A DNA stretch of 64,000 nucleotides from an uncultured Clostridia bacterium. Lineage in GTDB: Bacteria; Bacillota; Clostridia; TANB77; CAG-508. A program made the translations under genes and the position numbers. Position 1 is the stretch's first letter. Each line of letters opens with the position of its first letter. The DNA lies in NCBI GenBank assembly GCA_944386655.1, contig CALXBX010000004.1, positions 2,595-66,594 on the forward strand. Direction: 5' to 3'. Shown piece by piece: positions 28,599 through 36,646 of the stretch. The notes under the pieces are model-generated. The model was not told the DNA's origin, did no database searches, and saw only the letters and a list, made by a program, of their open reading frames with translations.

Positions 28599-29432
28599 CT
28601 ACGACCCCATATAATCTTTTTTAGGAATAATTATTGCTAAAGGATCATCCTGATGTTTGCCTGAATAAATCTGTGCTCTTTCTAACATAGTAGGAGTATA
28701 TATCATTATTGATTCTGGCATATTATTCCTTAAAAAAGCCCCAACAATCGCCTCGCTAGATGCAATAACCTTTGATCGTGTTTCTATTTGTTCCATAGTC
28801 CAACCAAAAAGTTCGTAAAATTTTTTTCCTCTATCAATTATGCGATTTAGAATTATATTTTCTACAGGTAATGGAGTAACAATAATTCCCTCATAGCCTA
28901 CTATATCCATCAATTCTGGGAATTTATCACTTAATAATGAAAAAGATACTCCATTTGGCACATAACTTTTAAATATCTCAATGTTCTTGTTTAGATCTTC
29001 AATCATATAAAGAGTCTTTTCTGGTTGTTCCAAAGCAATATCAAAAAATATTGCCTCTGGATTATTACATTCAAATCCTAATTTCCTTGTCATATTGGTT
29101 ATTTCTAAAAGTCTTTTCAAACCATTTTTAGTAGTATTTCCCACATCATCTACCCTAAATCCTGCAACACCATCTCCTTTTATGTATGATGGGCAAAATA
29201 ATGAGTAAAATTGTATTGGTTGATTTTTTTTTAAGATTTCGCAAATTTTTTTTGTAACAAACTTATTTCTCCAACCAACTATTTCTATTGATTGTAGGTA
29301 TTTAAACCAAGTTAAAATCTTTTCATTAAAGTTAGTTAAGTTAGCTATATTTTTTATATCATCAAAATGTTCTTTAGATAATCTTTCATTTTTTAAAAAA
29401 TCATTTAATTTTTTGTTCAAATTAGCAATCAT
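28599..29432 (-). CDS. Hypothetical protein (orphan); last gene of the island operon
   Basis: 277-aa ORF with no motif I can assign (it contains FYSLFCPSYIKGDGVAGFRVDDVGN). Same strand, and 68 nt downstream of the Qng1-like gene. Confidence 0.6.
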   Translation of the reverse strand: MIANLNKKLNDFLKNERLSKEHFDDIKNIANLTNFNEKILTWFKYLQSIEIVGWRNKFVTKKICEILKKNQPIQFYSLFCPSYIKGDGVAGFRVDDVGNTTKNGLKRLLEITNMTRKLGFECNNPEAIFFDIALEQPEKTLYMIEDLNKNIEIFKSYVPNGVSFSLLSDKFPELMDIVGYEGIIVTPLPVENIILNRIIDRGKKFYELFGWTMEQIETRSKVIASSEAIVGAFLRNNMPESIMIYTPTMLERAQIYSGKHQDDPLAIIIPKKDYMGS

Positions 29433-29500
29433 TATATTTACCTCTTTACTTATTAAAGTATATTAAATTTTCTAGTTATTGTCAACTTTTTTCAAAAAAT

Positions 29501-30436
29501 TTAATAATATATTGTTTTCGTACGATGAGATAAGATTTTACTGTTTGTTGTTTTCCTTATATTCCATATTATATTATCCAATTCAATAGTTGCAATATTT
29601 ATACCCATCGACATCAAAATATCATGCATAATTTCTAGTACATATAGTGTATTTGCTCTTATCTCTACTTCCATTCGACTATTATGCCTTATTATTTTAC
29701 CCTCCTGAATAATTTTTAATAATTTGTCATCATACTTAAAAATTCCTTGGTCATATAGAACTTTAGGAATAGCATAATCAGCACCTCCAGTCAAATTGTT
29801 TATAGACTTAACATTAGTTTTAATTGTTTCTGACATTCTAAATAAATCATTAGTTAACAAAATTGCCCTCTTATTAAAATGAATTATTCTTCCATTAAAT
29901 TCACTTTTATCATCAAAATCATTAAAATTTTTTATAATATAATCCAACAATTCTTCGTCACTTGTTTTTGAAAATAACTCTTCATAAAATTTTCTACCTT
30001 TTTTTGCGATAATATTAATAGTTTTTTTTAAAAGCTTAAATCTTTTTTCTAGTAAATCTGGTACTTCATTATTTGACGTCATTATATTTTTAAATTCATA
30101 ATATTTTAGATTATTTAAATAGTCAATATTTAAAAAGTTATTATTTTTATCTAGTTCTTTTAATATTATATAAAATAAAGCTTCTGAACCAATATATTCT
30201 CTTCCCTTATATAAGACTTTCCAATTTCTATTTTTCCAAAAGCAAAAATTCATACTTTCACATATAAAACTGAATATTATAAATTTTTCTTCTGTTAAAT
30301 TAAAATCTTCTTTGTTAAACCAATAATGATATTCATATCCTTTAATTTCGTTTACAAATACATCTATCTTTGTTGTATCTATAAAAACATACTTACTATT
30401 TTCACTAATAAATTTTATTGTTTCAATATCCTTCAT
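29501..30436 (-). CDS. Qng1/DUF2419 family protein (queuosine 5'-phosphate N-glycosylase/hydrolase-like)
   Basis: Collinear matches to the eukaryotic Qng1 (C9orf64) signature: FISENSKYVFID, MNFCFW, FNKRAILLTND, GADYAIPKVL, EVEIRANTLYVLE and the C-terminal HRTKTIYY. Confidence 0.8.
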   Translation of the reverse strand: MKDIETIKFISENSKYVFIDTTKIDVFVNEIKGYEYHYWFNKEDFNLTEEKFIIFSFICESMNFCFWKNRNWKVLYKGREYIGSEALFYIILKELDKNNNFLNIDYLNNLKYYEFKNIMTSNNEVPDLLEKRFKLLKKTINIIAKKGRKFYEELFSKTSDEELLDYIIKNFNDFDDKSEFNGRIIHFNKRAILLTNDLFRMSETIKTNVKSINNLTGGADYAIPKVLYDQGIFKYDDKLLKIIQEGKIIRHNSRMEVEIRANTLYVLEIMHDILMSMGINIATIELDNIIWNIRKTTNSKILSHRTKTIYY

Positions 30437-30457
30437 TTTATAACCAACCTTAGTAAA

Positions 30458-31090
30458 TTAATCAATAACTTGTGGCATCGGTAAATCAAATGTAACATGG
30501 TTATATTTTTCTATTTTCTGTTCTTTACACAATTCAGAATATTTGTCATCCCATGATAGTCTATATGCTTTTTTTATATCCATGTTTAATTTTTTTACCC
30601 ATTTTCTTACAATTTTTTGTGGTTCCTCAGAGTCACTCTTATTTTCAATTTCAACAGCAATTCCAAATGGATATTCATCCACAGCAATTTCCACTTCATT
30701 ATTTGTAAATATCGTTCTATATCTTTCATAACTTTCAATTGATTTCATTTTCAAAACATTTTCAATTATAAACATTAAATTCTCATATTCGTTATAATTA
30801 ATATTAAGTTCAACTTCTTCTTCTTTATTTATATCTGTTTCTGTTGTAGATGGTAATCTTTTCTTCCAGCTTAGTTTACATTCTGAAATGAAATCATTTT
30901 TTGTAATCCTTACTCTAAATCTCCCATCTACTTTCTTAGTGTAAAAGCTCATTTCTCTACAAGGATGATCAAATTGTAATGTTTTTTCATAGCATCTATT
31001 TTGCATTGATAGACCTTCGACATTTTTTATTTTTTCTATTAATTTTTCTAGCTCTTCTCTAGCAAAATAAAATCTCACCTCATATTCCAT
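30458..31090 (-). CDS. CYTH domain protein (triphosphate tunnel metalloenzyme / class IV adenylyl cyclase-like)
   Basis: N-terminal MEYEVRFYF (an ExExK-type motif with Arg in place of Lys), FRVRITKN, and the C-terminal VDEYPFGIAVEIE resembling the LDxVxGLGxFxEIE strand of CyaB/ThTPase proteins. Confidence 0.65.
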   Translation of the reverse strand: MEYEVRFYFAREELEKLIEKIKNVEGLSMQNRCYEKTLQFDHPCREMSFYTKKVDGRFRVRITKNDFISECKLSWKKRLPSTTETDINKEEEVELNINYNEYENLMFIIENVLKMKSIESYERYRTIFTNNEVEIAVDEYPFGIAVEIENKSDSEEPQKIVRKWVKKLNMDIKKAYRLSWDDKYSELCKEQKIEKYNHVTFDLPMPQVID

Positions 31091-31092
31091 AT

Positions 31093-32634
31093 TTATTTTT
31101 CTCCTTTATCTAACATTAATTCATATATCGCCAACTCCTCTTGAATTGCCACTTCCAAATCTGCAAATCTTAAATTATAGTTAGTAAAATTCTCATCTTC
31201 ATAATTTGAGTTTGAAACTACTTCATTAAATACATTTCTGTCAAGACTTTTATTTAAATCGTTAATGAATTTTTTTATATTTTCTTTTTTTCCAAATACA
31301 TTCATTATTCTACTTTCAATATTAGGTAATTTTTTTATATATATGTTAATCCCAGGTATCTGCCTTTCTGAAATGGTTGTTATCATTTCAACTCTTTTTA
31401 CATAATCATATTCATTGTTTTCAAAAAAGGAACGTAACTTAGACAAACTTATCTCATCCTGAAAAATTTGAGTTTTTTCTTCATTAAAAGTTTTTTGTTC
31501 TACATGCACCTGCCCTTTTAAAAATATACACCCCTTTCCAATTGTATTAAGAACTTTACTGGATCTTATCCTAACTGATTTATTGCTAGTTTTGCTTTCA
31601 AAATAATACATTTTTTCTAAAGAAATCCTATCAAATATATTCTTTCCATACATATTTTGAATAGCTTTAAAAATGCTACTATTTACTCTACACGAAAAAT
31701 TATTTTGTATTTTTATAACTGATTCGTCAACAATATAACGTTTTTCAATTCCACAAATAATCTTATCATAGACATCTAAAAACTTTTTCTTTATTCTGGA
31801 ATCTAATATATAATTTTTATCATTATTAATTTTATCTACAATACTGACAAGTGTAGATAATGTTCTACTATTATACTTTCTGTCAGATATCAACTGGATA
31901 ATTTTATCAATTGTTCCTTCTTCAAACTCATGAGTTTCATTTAATATTTTTATTAAATATTCTGATAAATTATCAGGATTCACATCTTTATCTTTATTTT
32001 CAATATACTTAATTACTTTTAATCCGCTTTCCTTTAGTACTTTTAATTTTCTTTCACTCTCTGAAATTAAAATAAATTTTTCATCTGATAATCCTAACAT
32101 CTCTATTATTTTATAGACAATTCCATAACTTCTAAAATCATTAAAATTATTATTTCCGATTAATATTCTTTGTGCATCATCACGATTTTTTACCCCTATA
32201 AATTTTCCGTCTGTATTGCGTCCTGACACTTGTAATTCAAGTTCTTTTAATTTGTAATGTAACCCCCAACCTTGCGCCTCTTGTGGCAAATGAATAAATA
32301 TACCATTTTTTTGTTCAATTAATTTTATAGAATTAATACGTTGTATTTCACAATCACAGTGAGAATCACCATACATTCCTAATAAACATTCGCTTTGAAT
32401 CCTTAAAAAAATTTCTTTGTCTTTAAATATTTCTTTTAATTTTGAAACATAATCTATGTCTTTTTCAGCAATCCAATCATTTATTTTATTATCTTTTATT
32501 AATAATAATACATTCTCATTTGTCAATCCATATTCTTTTATTTCATTTTTATCTGCTTTATAACATACTGACAAAACACTTCCATTAAACAACTTATTCT
32601 TTTGTTGTAAATAAAATGAGATTTTATCGTTCAT
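31093..32634 (-). CDS. GTP cyclohydrolase II-like domain (residues ~75-215) fused to a ~300-aa C-terminal region of unknown function
   Basis: LRIQSECLLGMYGDSHCDCEIQ...IFIHLPQEAQGWGLHYKL...FRSYGIVYKIIEMLGL...LISESERKLKVLKESGLKV is collinear with RibA (RVHSECLTGD...RCDCG...QEGRGIGL...R.Y.....L..LG...L.TNNP.K...L...G). The next gene starts 2 nt after the stop. Confidence 0.65.
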   Translation of the reverse strand: MNDKISFYLQQKNKLFNGSVLSVCYKADKNEIKEYGLTNENVLLLIKDNKINDWIAEKDIDYVSKLKEIFKDKEIFLRIQSECLLGMYGDSHCDCEIQRINSIKLIEQKNGIFIHLPQEAQGWGLHYKLKELELQVSGRNTDGKFIGVKNRDDAQRILIGNNNFNDFRSYGIVYKIIEMLGLSDEKFILISESERKLKVLKESGLKVIKYIENKDKDVNPDNLSEYLIKILNETHEFEEGTIDKIIQLISDRKYNSRTLSTLVSIVDKINNDKNYILDSRIKKKFLDVYDKIICGIEKRYIVDESVIKIQNNFSCRVNSSIFKAIQNMYGKNIFDRISLEKMYYFESKTSNKSVRIRSSKVLNTIGKGCIFLKGQVHVEQKTFNEEKTQIFQDEISLSKLRSFFENNEYDYVKRVEMITTISERQIPGINIYIKKLPNIESRIMNVFGKKENIKKFINDLNKSLDRNVFNEVVSNSNYEDENFTNYNLRFADLEVAIQEELAIYELMLDKGEK

Positions 32635-32883
32635 ATTAAATACTCCTATTTTTTTGTATATTATACTATTAATTCCATTGATTGTAAACAGCTACTGACA
32701 AATTATACTAGAAAGTTAATTAAATTATATAAAATAAGAACAAGTAAGAATTTAAGTTTTATTGAACAAATAATTTATTTCTTGATTTAATATATAATAT
32801 TACTAATTATACATTATTTGGTCTATTAAACATATTTAATTATCATTTACTTTAGATATTTTAAAAAAATGGCTAAAATAACT

Positions 32884-32913
32884 AAGGCAGAAAACTTAGG
32901 AAGTTTTCTGCCT
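32884..32913 (-). terminator. Rho-independent terminator after rpoC
   Basis: Minus strand: AGGCAGAAAACTT-cct-AAGTTTTCTGCCT (13-bp perfect stem) followed by TAGTTATTTTAG, 25 nt after the rpoC stop. Confidence 0.7.
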
Positions 32914-32937
32914 AGATTATATTGACAATCAGCCTTT

Positions 32938-35900
32938 TTATTCTTGTGTAGTTACCGGTTCTTCTTTTTGTTCTTGGTCCTGTGCTTCTTTTTCTTCTGC
33001 TGGTTCTTCGTCTGTACTAATTCTTGTGTTTTTAAATTTATTTAGTCCTGTTCCTGCTGGAATTAGTTTTCCGATGATAACGTTTTCTTTTAGTCCTACT
33101 AATTCGTCTACTTTTCCTTTAATAGCTGCTTCTGTTAATACTCTTGTTGTTTCTTGGAAGGATGCTGCTGATAAGAAGCTATCTGTTGCAAGAGATGCTT
33201 TGGTAATTCCTAGCAATACTCGTTTTCCTGTTGCTGGACGTTTTCCTTCTTCTATTGCTTTTTCGTTTACGTCTTGGAACTCGTACATATCTACTAGAGA
33301 TCCAGCAAATAGGTTTGTATCTCCATTATCTTCTACTCTTACTTTCTTAAGCATTTGTCTTCCAATAACTTCTATATGTTTATCGTTAATATCTACACCT
33401 TGGTTTCTATATACTTTTTGTACTTCTTGTACTAAGTAGTTATATACTCCTTCTGGTCCTTTGATAACAAGTAATTCGTTTGGATTGATAGATCCTTCTG
33501 TTAATGGCTGTCCTGCAACGACCTCGTCTCCATCTCTTACTTTTAGTTTAGATCCAAATGGTATCACATAGGTTCTACTATCGTCTTTTGCAGTAACAAT
33601 TACTTCTTTTCTCTTCTTTTCATCTGAGATTTTAACAGTTCCATCGATTTCTGAGATAATAGCAAGTCCCTTTGGTTTTCTAGCTTCGAATAATTCCTCG
33701 ACTCTAGGAAGACCTTGTGTAATATCTGCTACACCAGCAACACCACCAGAGTGAATGGTTCTCATAGTAAGCTGTGTACCTGGCTCACCAATAGATTGTG
33801 CTGCAATTATTCCAACTGCTTCTCCTATGCTGACTTCGTCACGTGCTGCAAGTCCCATACCATAACATTTTGCACATACTCCGTTTTTGGTTCTACATCC
33901 AAATACGCTACGTACTCTTACTTTTTCAATACCGGCTTCTACAATCTTATCTGCTGTTTTATCATTAATCATGGTATTGGTATCTACAATAATTTCTCCT
34001 GTTTCTGGATGTTTAATATCTTCTAATGGATATCTGCCAATTAGTCTTTCTTGCAAGCTCTCAATTACTTGATTTCCGTCTTTGATGGCTTCTAATTCAA
34101 TACCATCATGTGTTCCACAATCATGTTCTCTTACAATAATATCTTGTGATACGTCTACTAATCTTCTTGTTAAATATCCAGAGTCTGCTGTTCTTAGCGC
34201 TGTATCGGATAATCCTTTACGTGCTCCGTGTGCTGAAATGAAGTACTCTAGGGCATCTAGTCCTTCACGGAAAGAAGAACGAATTGGTATTTCTACTGTT
34301 TTACCAGTGGTACTTGCCATAAGTCCTCTCATACCTGCAATTTGTTTTAATTGGTCTAAGTTACCACGTGCTCCAGAATCAGACATCATAAATACTGGAT
34401 TTAATTTTGAGAAGTTTGCTTTCATAGCATCTTTTACTTCGTCTGTTGCTTTTTCCCAAATTTTAATAACAGAATTGTATCTTTCTTCTTCTGTAATTAA
34501 ACCACGTCTATATTGTTTTGATACATTATCTACTTCTACTTGTGCTTTTTCCAAAATGGTTTTCTTTTCTTCTGGCACTTTTACATCATCAATGGATACG
34601 GTAATACCAGCAAGTGTAGAGTATTTATATCCGGTTGCTTTAATGTAGTCTAATAATTCTGCTGAACGGCTAAGTCCATGTTTATTAATACTCTTTTCTA
34701 CAATTTTTCCTAATTGTTTTTTATTGACTACAAAATTGATTTCTGGTTCGAATTCGTTTTCTTCTTTGCTTCTATCTACAAAGCCTAAATCTTGAGGAAT
34801 TCCTTTATTGTAGATAATTCTTCCTACAGTTGTTTCTACTTTTTTATGCTTTTCTACTCCATTTTCTACTTTGCTCATTCTTACGAAAACTTTTGCATGC
34901 ATACCTACATCCTTGTTTTCATAGCTAATGATGGCTTCTTCTGGAGAGGAGAAATAAGTACCTTCTCCTTTTTCTCCCTCTACTTCCATGGTTAAGTAGT
35001 AACTTCCTAAAATCATATCCTGTGTAGGAACAGTTACTGGTTTACCATCTTGAGGTTTTAATAGGTTGTTTACAGATAACATTAAATATCTTGCTTCTGC
35101 TTGTGCCTCTGGTGATAGTGGTACGTGAATTGCCATTTGGTCACCATCGAAGTCGGCATTGAATGCTGTACATACTAATGGATGTAGTTTAATAGCTCTT
35201 CCTTCTACTAACACTGGTTCAAAGGCTTGTATTCCTAGTCTATGTAGTGTTGGCGCACGGTTTAGCATAACAGGATGGTCTTTGATAACATCTTCTAAGA
35301 TATCCCATACTTCTGGGCGTAATCTTTCTACCATTCTTTTTGCATTTTTAATATTATGTGCAATTCCTCTAGAAACTAGTTCCTTCATAACAAATGGTTT
35401 GAACAACTCTACTGCCATCTCTTTTGGCACACCACATTGATACAATTTAAGTTCTGGTCCTACTACAATAACAGAACGTCCTGAATAGTCTACACGTTTT
35501 CCAAGTAGGTTTTGACGGAAACGTCCTTGTTTTCCTTTTAGCATATCGGATAAAGATTTTAAAGGTCTATTTCCTGCTCCTGTTACTGGTCTTCCACGTC
35601 TACCATTATCGATTAAGGCATCTACGGATTCTTGTAACATTCTTTTTTCGTTACGTTTAATGATTTCTGGTGCTCCTAATTCGATTAATCTTTTTAGACG
35701 GTTATTTCTATTGATAACTCTTCTATATAAGTCATTTAAGTCTGATGTAGCAAATCTACCACCATCTAATTGTACCATTGGTCTTAAATCTGGTGGAATA
35801 ACTGGTACTACATTCATAATCATCCATTCTGGACGATTTCCTGATAAACGAAATGCCTCTACGGTATCTAACCTTTTAATTAATTTTGCTTTCTTTTGCT

Positions 35901-36501
35901 CACTAGCTGTTTCTAACTCTTTCTTTAAGCTAGCAGATAATTTTTCTACGTCAATTTCTTTTAGTAATTTTTCTAGCGCTTCTGCACCCATTTCTGCTTT
36001 AAAGCTACCAGTTCCATATTTTTCTACTGCCTCATGATATTCTTTTTCTGTTAGCACTTGTGTTTTCATAAGGCCAGATGTTCCTTTATCTGTTACGATA
36101 TAGGATGCAAAATAAATAATTTTTTCTAGATTTCTTGGTGAGATATCTAGCATTAATGCAATTCTACTTGGAATGCCTTTAAAATACCAAATATGTGCTA
36201 CTGGTGCTGCAAGTTCAATATGCCCCATTCTTTCACGTCTTACTTTAGATTTGGTAACTTCTACACCACATCTATCGCACACAATTCCTTTATATCTTAC
36301 TCTTTTATATTTACCACAATGACATTCCCAGTCTTTAGTTGGTCCAAATATTCTTTCACAAAATAGACCATCTTTTTCTGGTTTTAAGGTCCTATAGTTA
36401 ATGGTTTCTGGTTTTTTTACTTCTCCTTTTGACCATTCTCTTATTTTTTCATCTGATGCTAAACCTATTTTGATTTTATCAAACATCTCTAATTCATCCA
36501 A
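32938..36501 (-). CDS. rpoC: DNA-directed RNA polymerase subunit beta'
   Basis: Full-length RpoC motifs (NADFDGDQM, zinc fingers, trigger loop). The start is moved to TTG 36501 ([16 protein letters not shown]...), which has a GGGGGG RBS 9 nt upstream. The track's 38-aa N-terminal extension is unlike RpoC. Confidence 0.95.
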   Translation of the reverse strand: MDELEMFDKIKIGLASDEKIREWSKGEVKKPETINYRTLKPEKDGLFCERIFGPTKDWECHCGKYKRVRYKGIVCDRCGVEVTKSKVRRERMGHIELAAPVAHIWYFKGIPSRIALMLDISPRNLEKIIYFASYIVTDKGTSGLMKTQVLTEKEYHEAVEKYGTGSFKAEMGAEALEKLLKEIDVEKLSASLKKELETASEQKKAKLIKRLDTVEAFRLSGNRPEWMIMNVVPVIPPDLRPMVQLDGGRFATSDLNDLYRRVINRNNRLKRLIELGAPEIIKRNEKRMLQESVDALIDNGRRGRPVTGAGNRPLKSLSDMLKGKQGRFRQNLLGKRVDYSGRSVIVVGPELKLYQCGVPKEMAVELFKPFVMKELVSRGIAHNIKNAKRMVERLRPEVWDILEDVIKDHPVMLNRAPTLHRLGIQAFEPVLVEGRAIKLHPLVCTAFNADFDGDQMAIHVPLSPEAQAEARYLMLSVNNLLKPQDGKPVTVPTQDMILGSYYLTMEVEGEKGEGTYFSSPEEAIISYENKDVGMHAKVFVRMSKVENGVEKHKKVETTVGRIIYNKGIPQDLGFVDRSKEENEFEPEINFVVNKKQLGKIVEKSINKHGLSRSAELLDYIKATGYKYSTLAGITVSIDDVKVPEEKKTILEKAQVEVDNVSKQYRRGLITEEERYNSVIKIWEKATDEVKDAMKANFSKLNPVFMMSDSGARGNLDQLKQIAGMRGLMASTTGKTVEIPIRSSFREGLDALEYFISAHGARKGLSDTALRTADSGYLTRRLVDVSQDIIVREHDCGTHDGIELEAIKDGNQVIESLQERLIGRYPLEDIKHPETGEIIVDTNTMINDKTADKIVEAGIEKVRVRSVFGCRTKNGVCAKCYGMGLAARDEVSIGEAVGIIAAQSIGEPGTQLTMRTIHSGGVAGVADITQGLPRVEELFEARKPKGLAIISEIDGTVKISDEKKRKEVIVTAKDDSRTYVIPFGSKLKVRDGDEVVAGQPLTEGSINPNELLVIKGPEGVYNYLVQEVQKVYRNQGVDINDKHIEVIGRQMLKKVRVEDNGDTNLFAGSLVDMYEFQDVNEKAIEEGKRPATGKRVLLGITKASLATDSFLSAASFQETTRVLTEAAIKGKVDELVGLKENVIIGKLIPAGTGLNKFKNTRISTDEEPAEEKEAQDQEQKEEPVTTQE

Positions 36502-36646
36502 TTTAGCTTGCCCCCCTGATTTTATTTCTTTCCTTTTAGAGGCTTCTTCGAAAAGAAAAAGTACAACACCGCTCGAACAATTCCCTCTTGTCTGCTTTTT
36601 CTTTTCTGCCCGCATACCTCTTTTTATTCAGTTATTCTTTGGATTT

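Noticed and set aside
36502-36615. 38-aa N-terminal extension of rpoC in the ORF track ([16 protein letters not shown]...)
   Set aside because: It is not RpoB/C-like. A GGGGGG RBS followed by a TTG at 36501 gives the canonical N-terminus (..[10 protein letters not shown]..). The extension would leave only a 31-nt rpoB-rpoC gap with no RBS.
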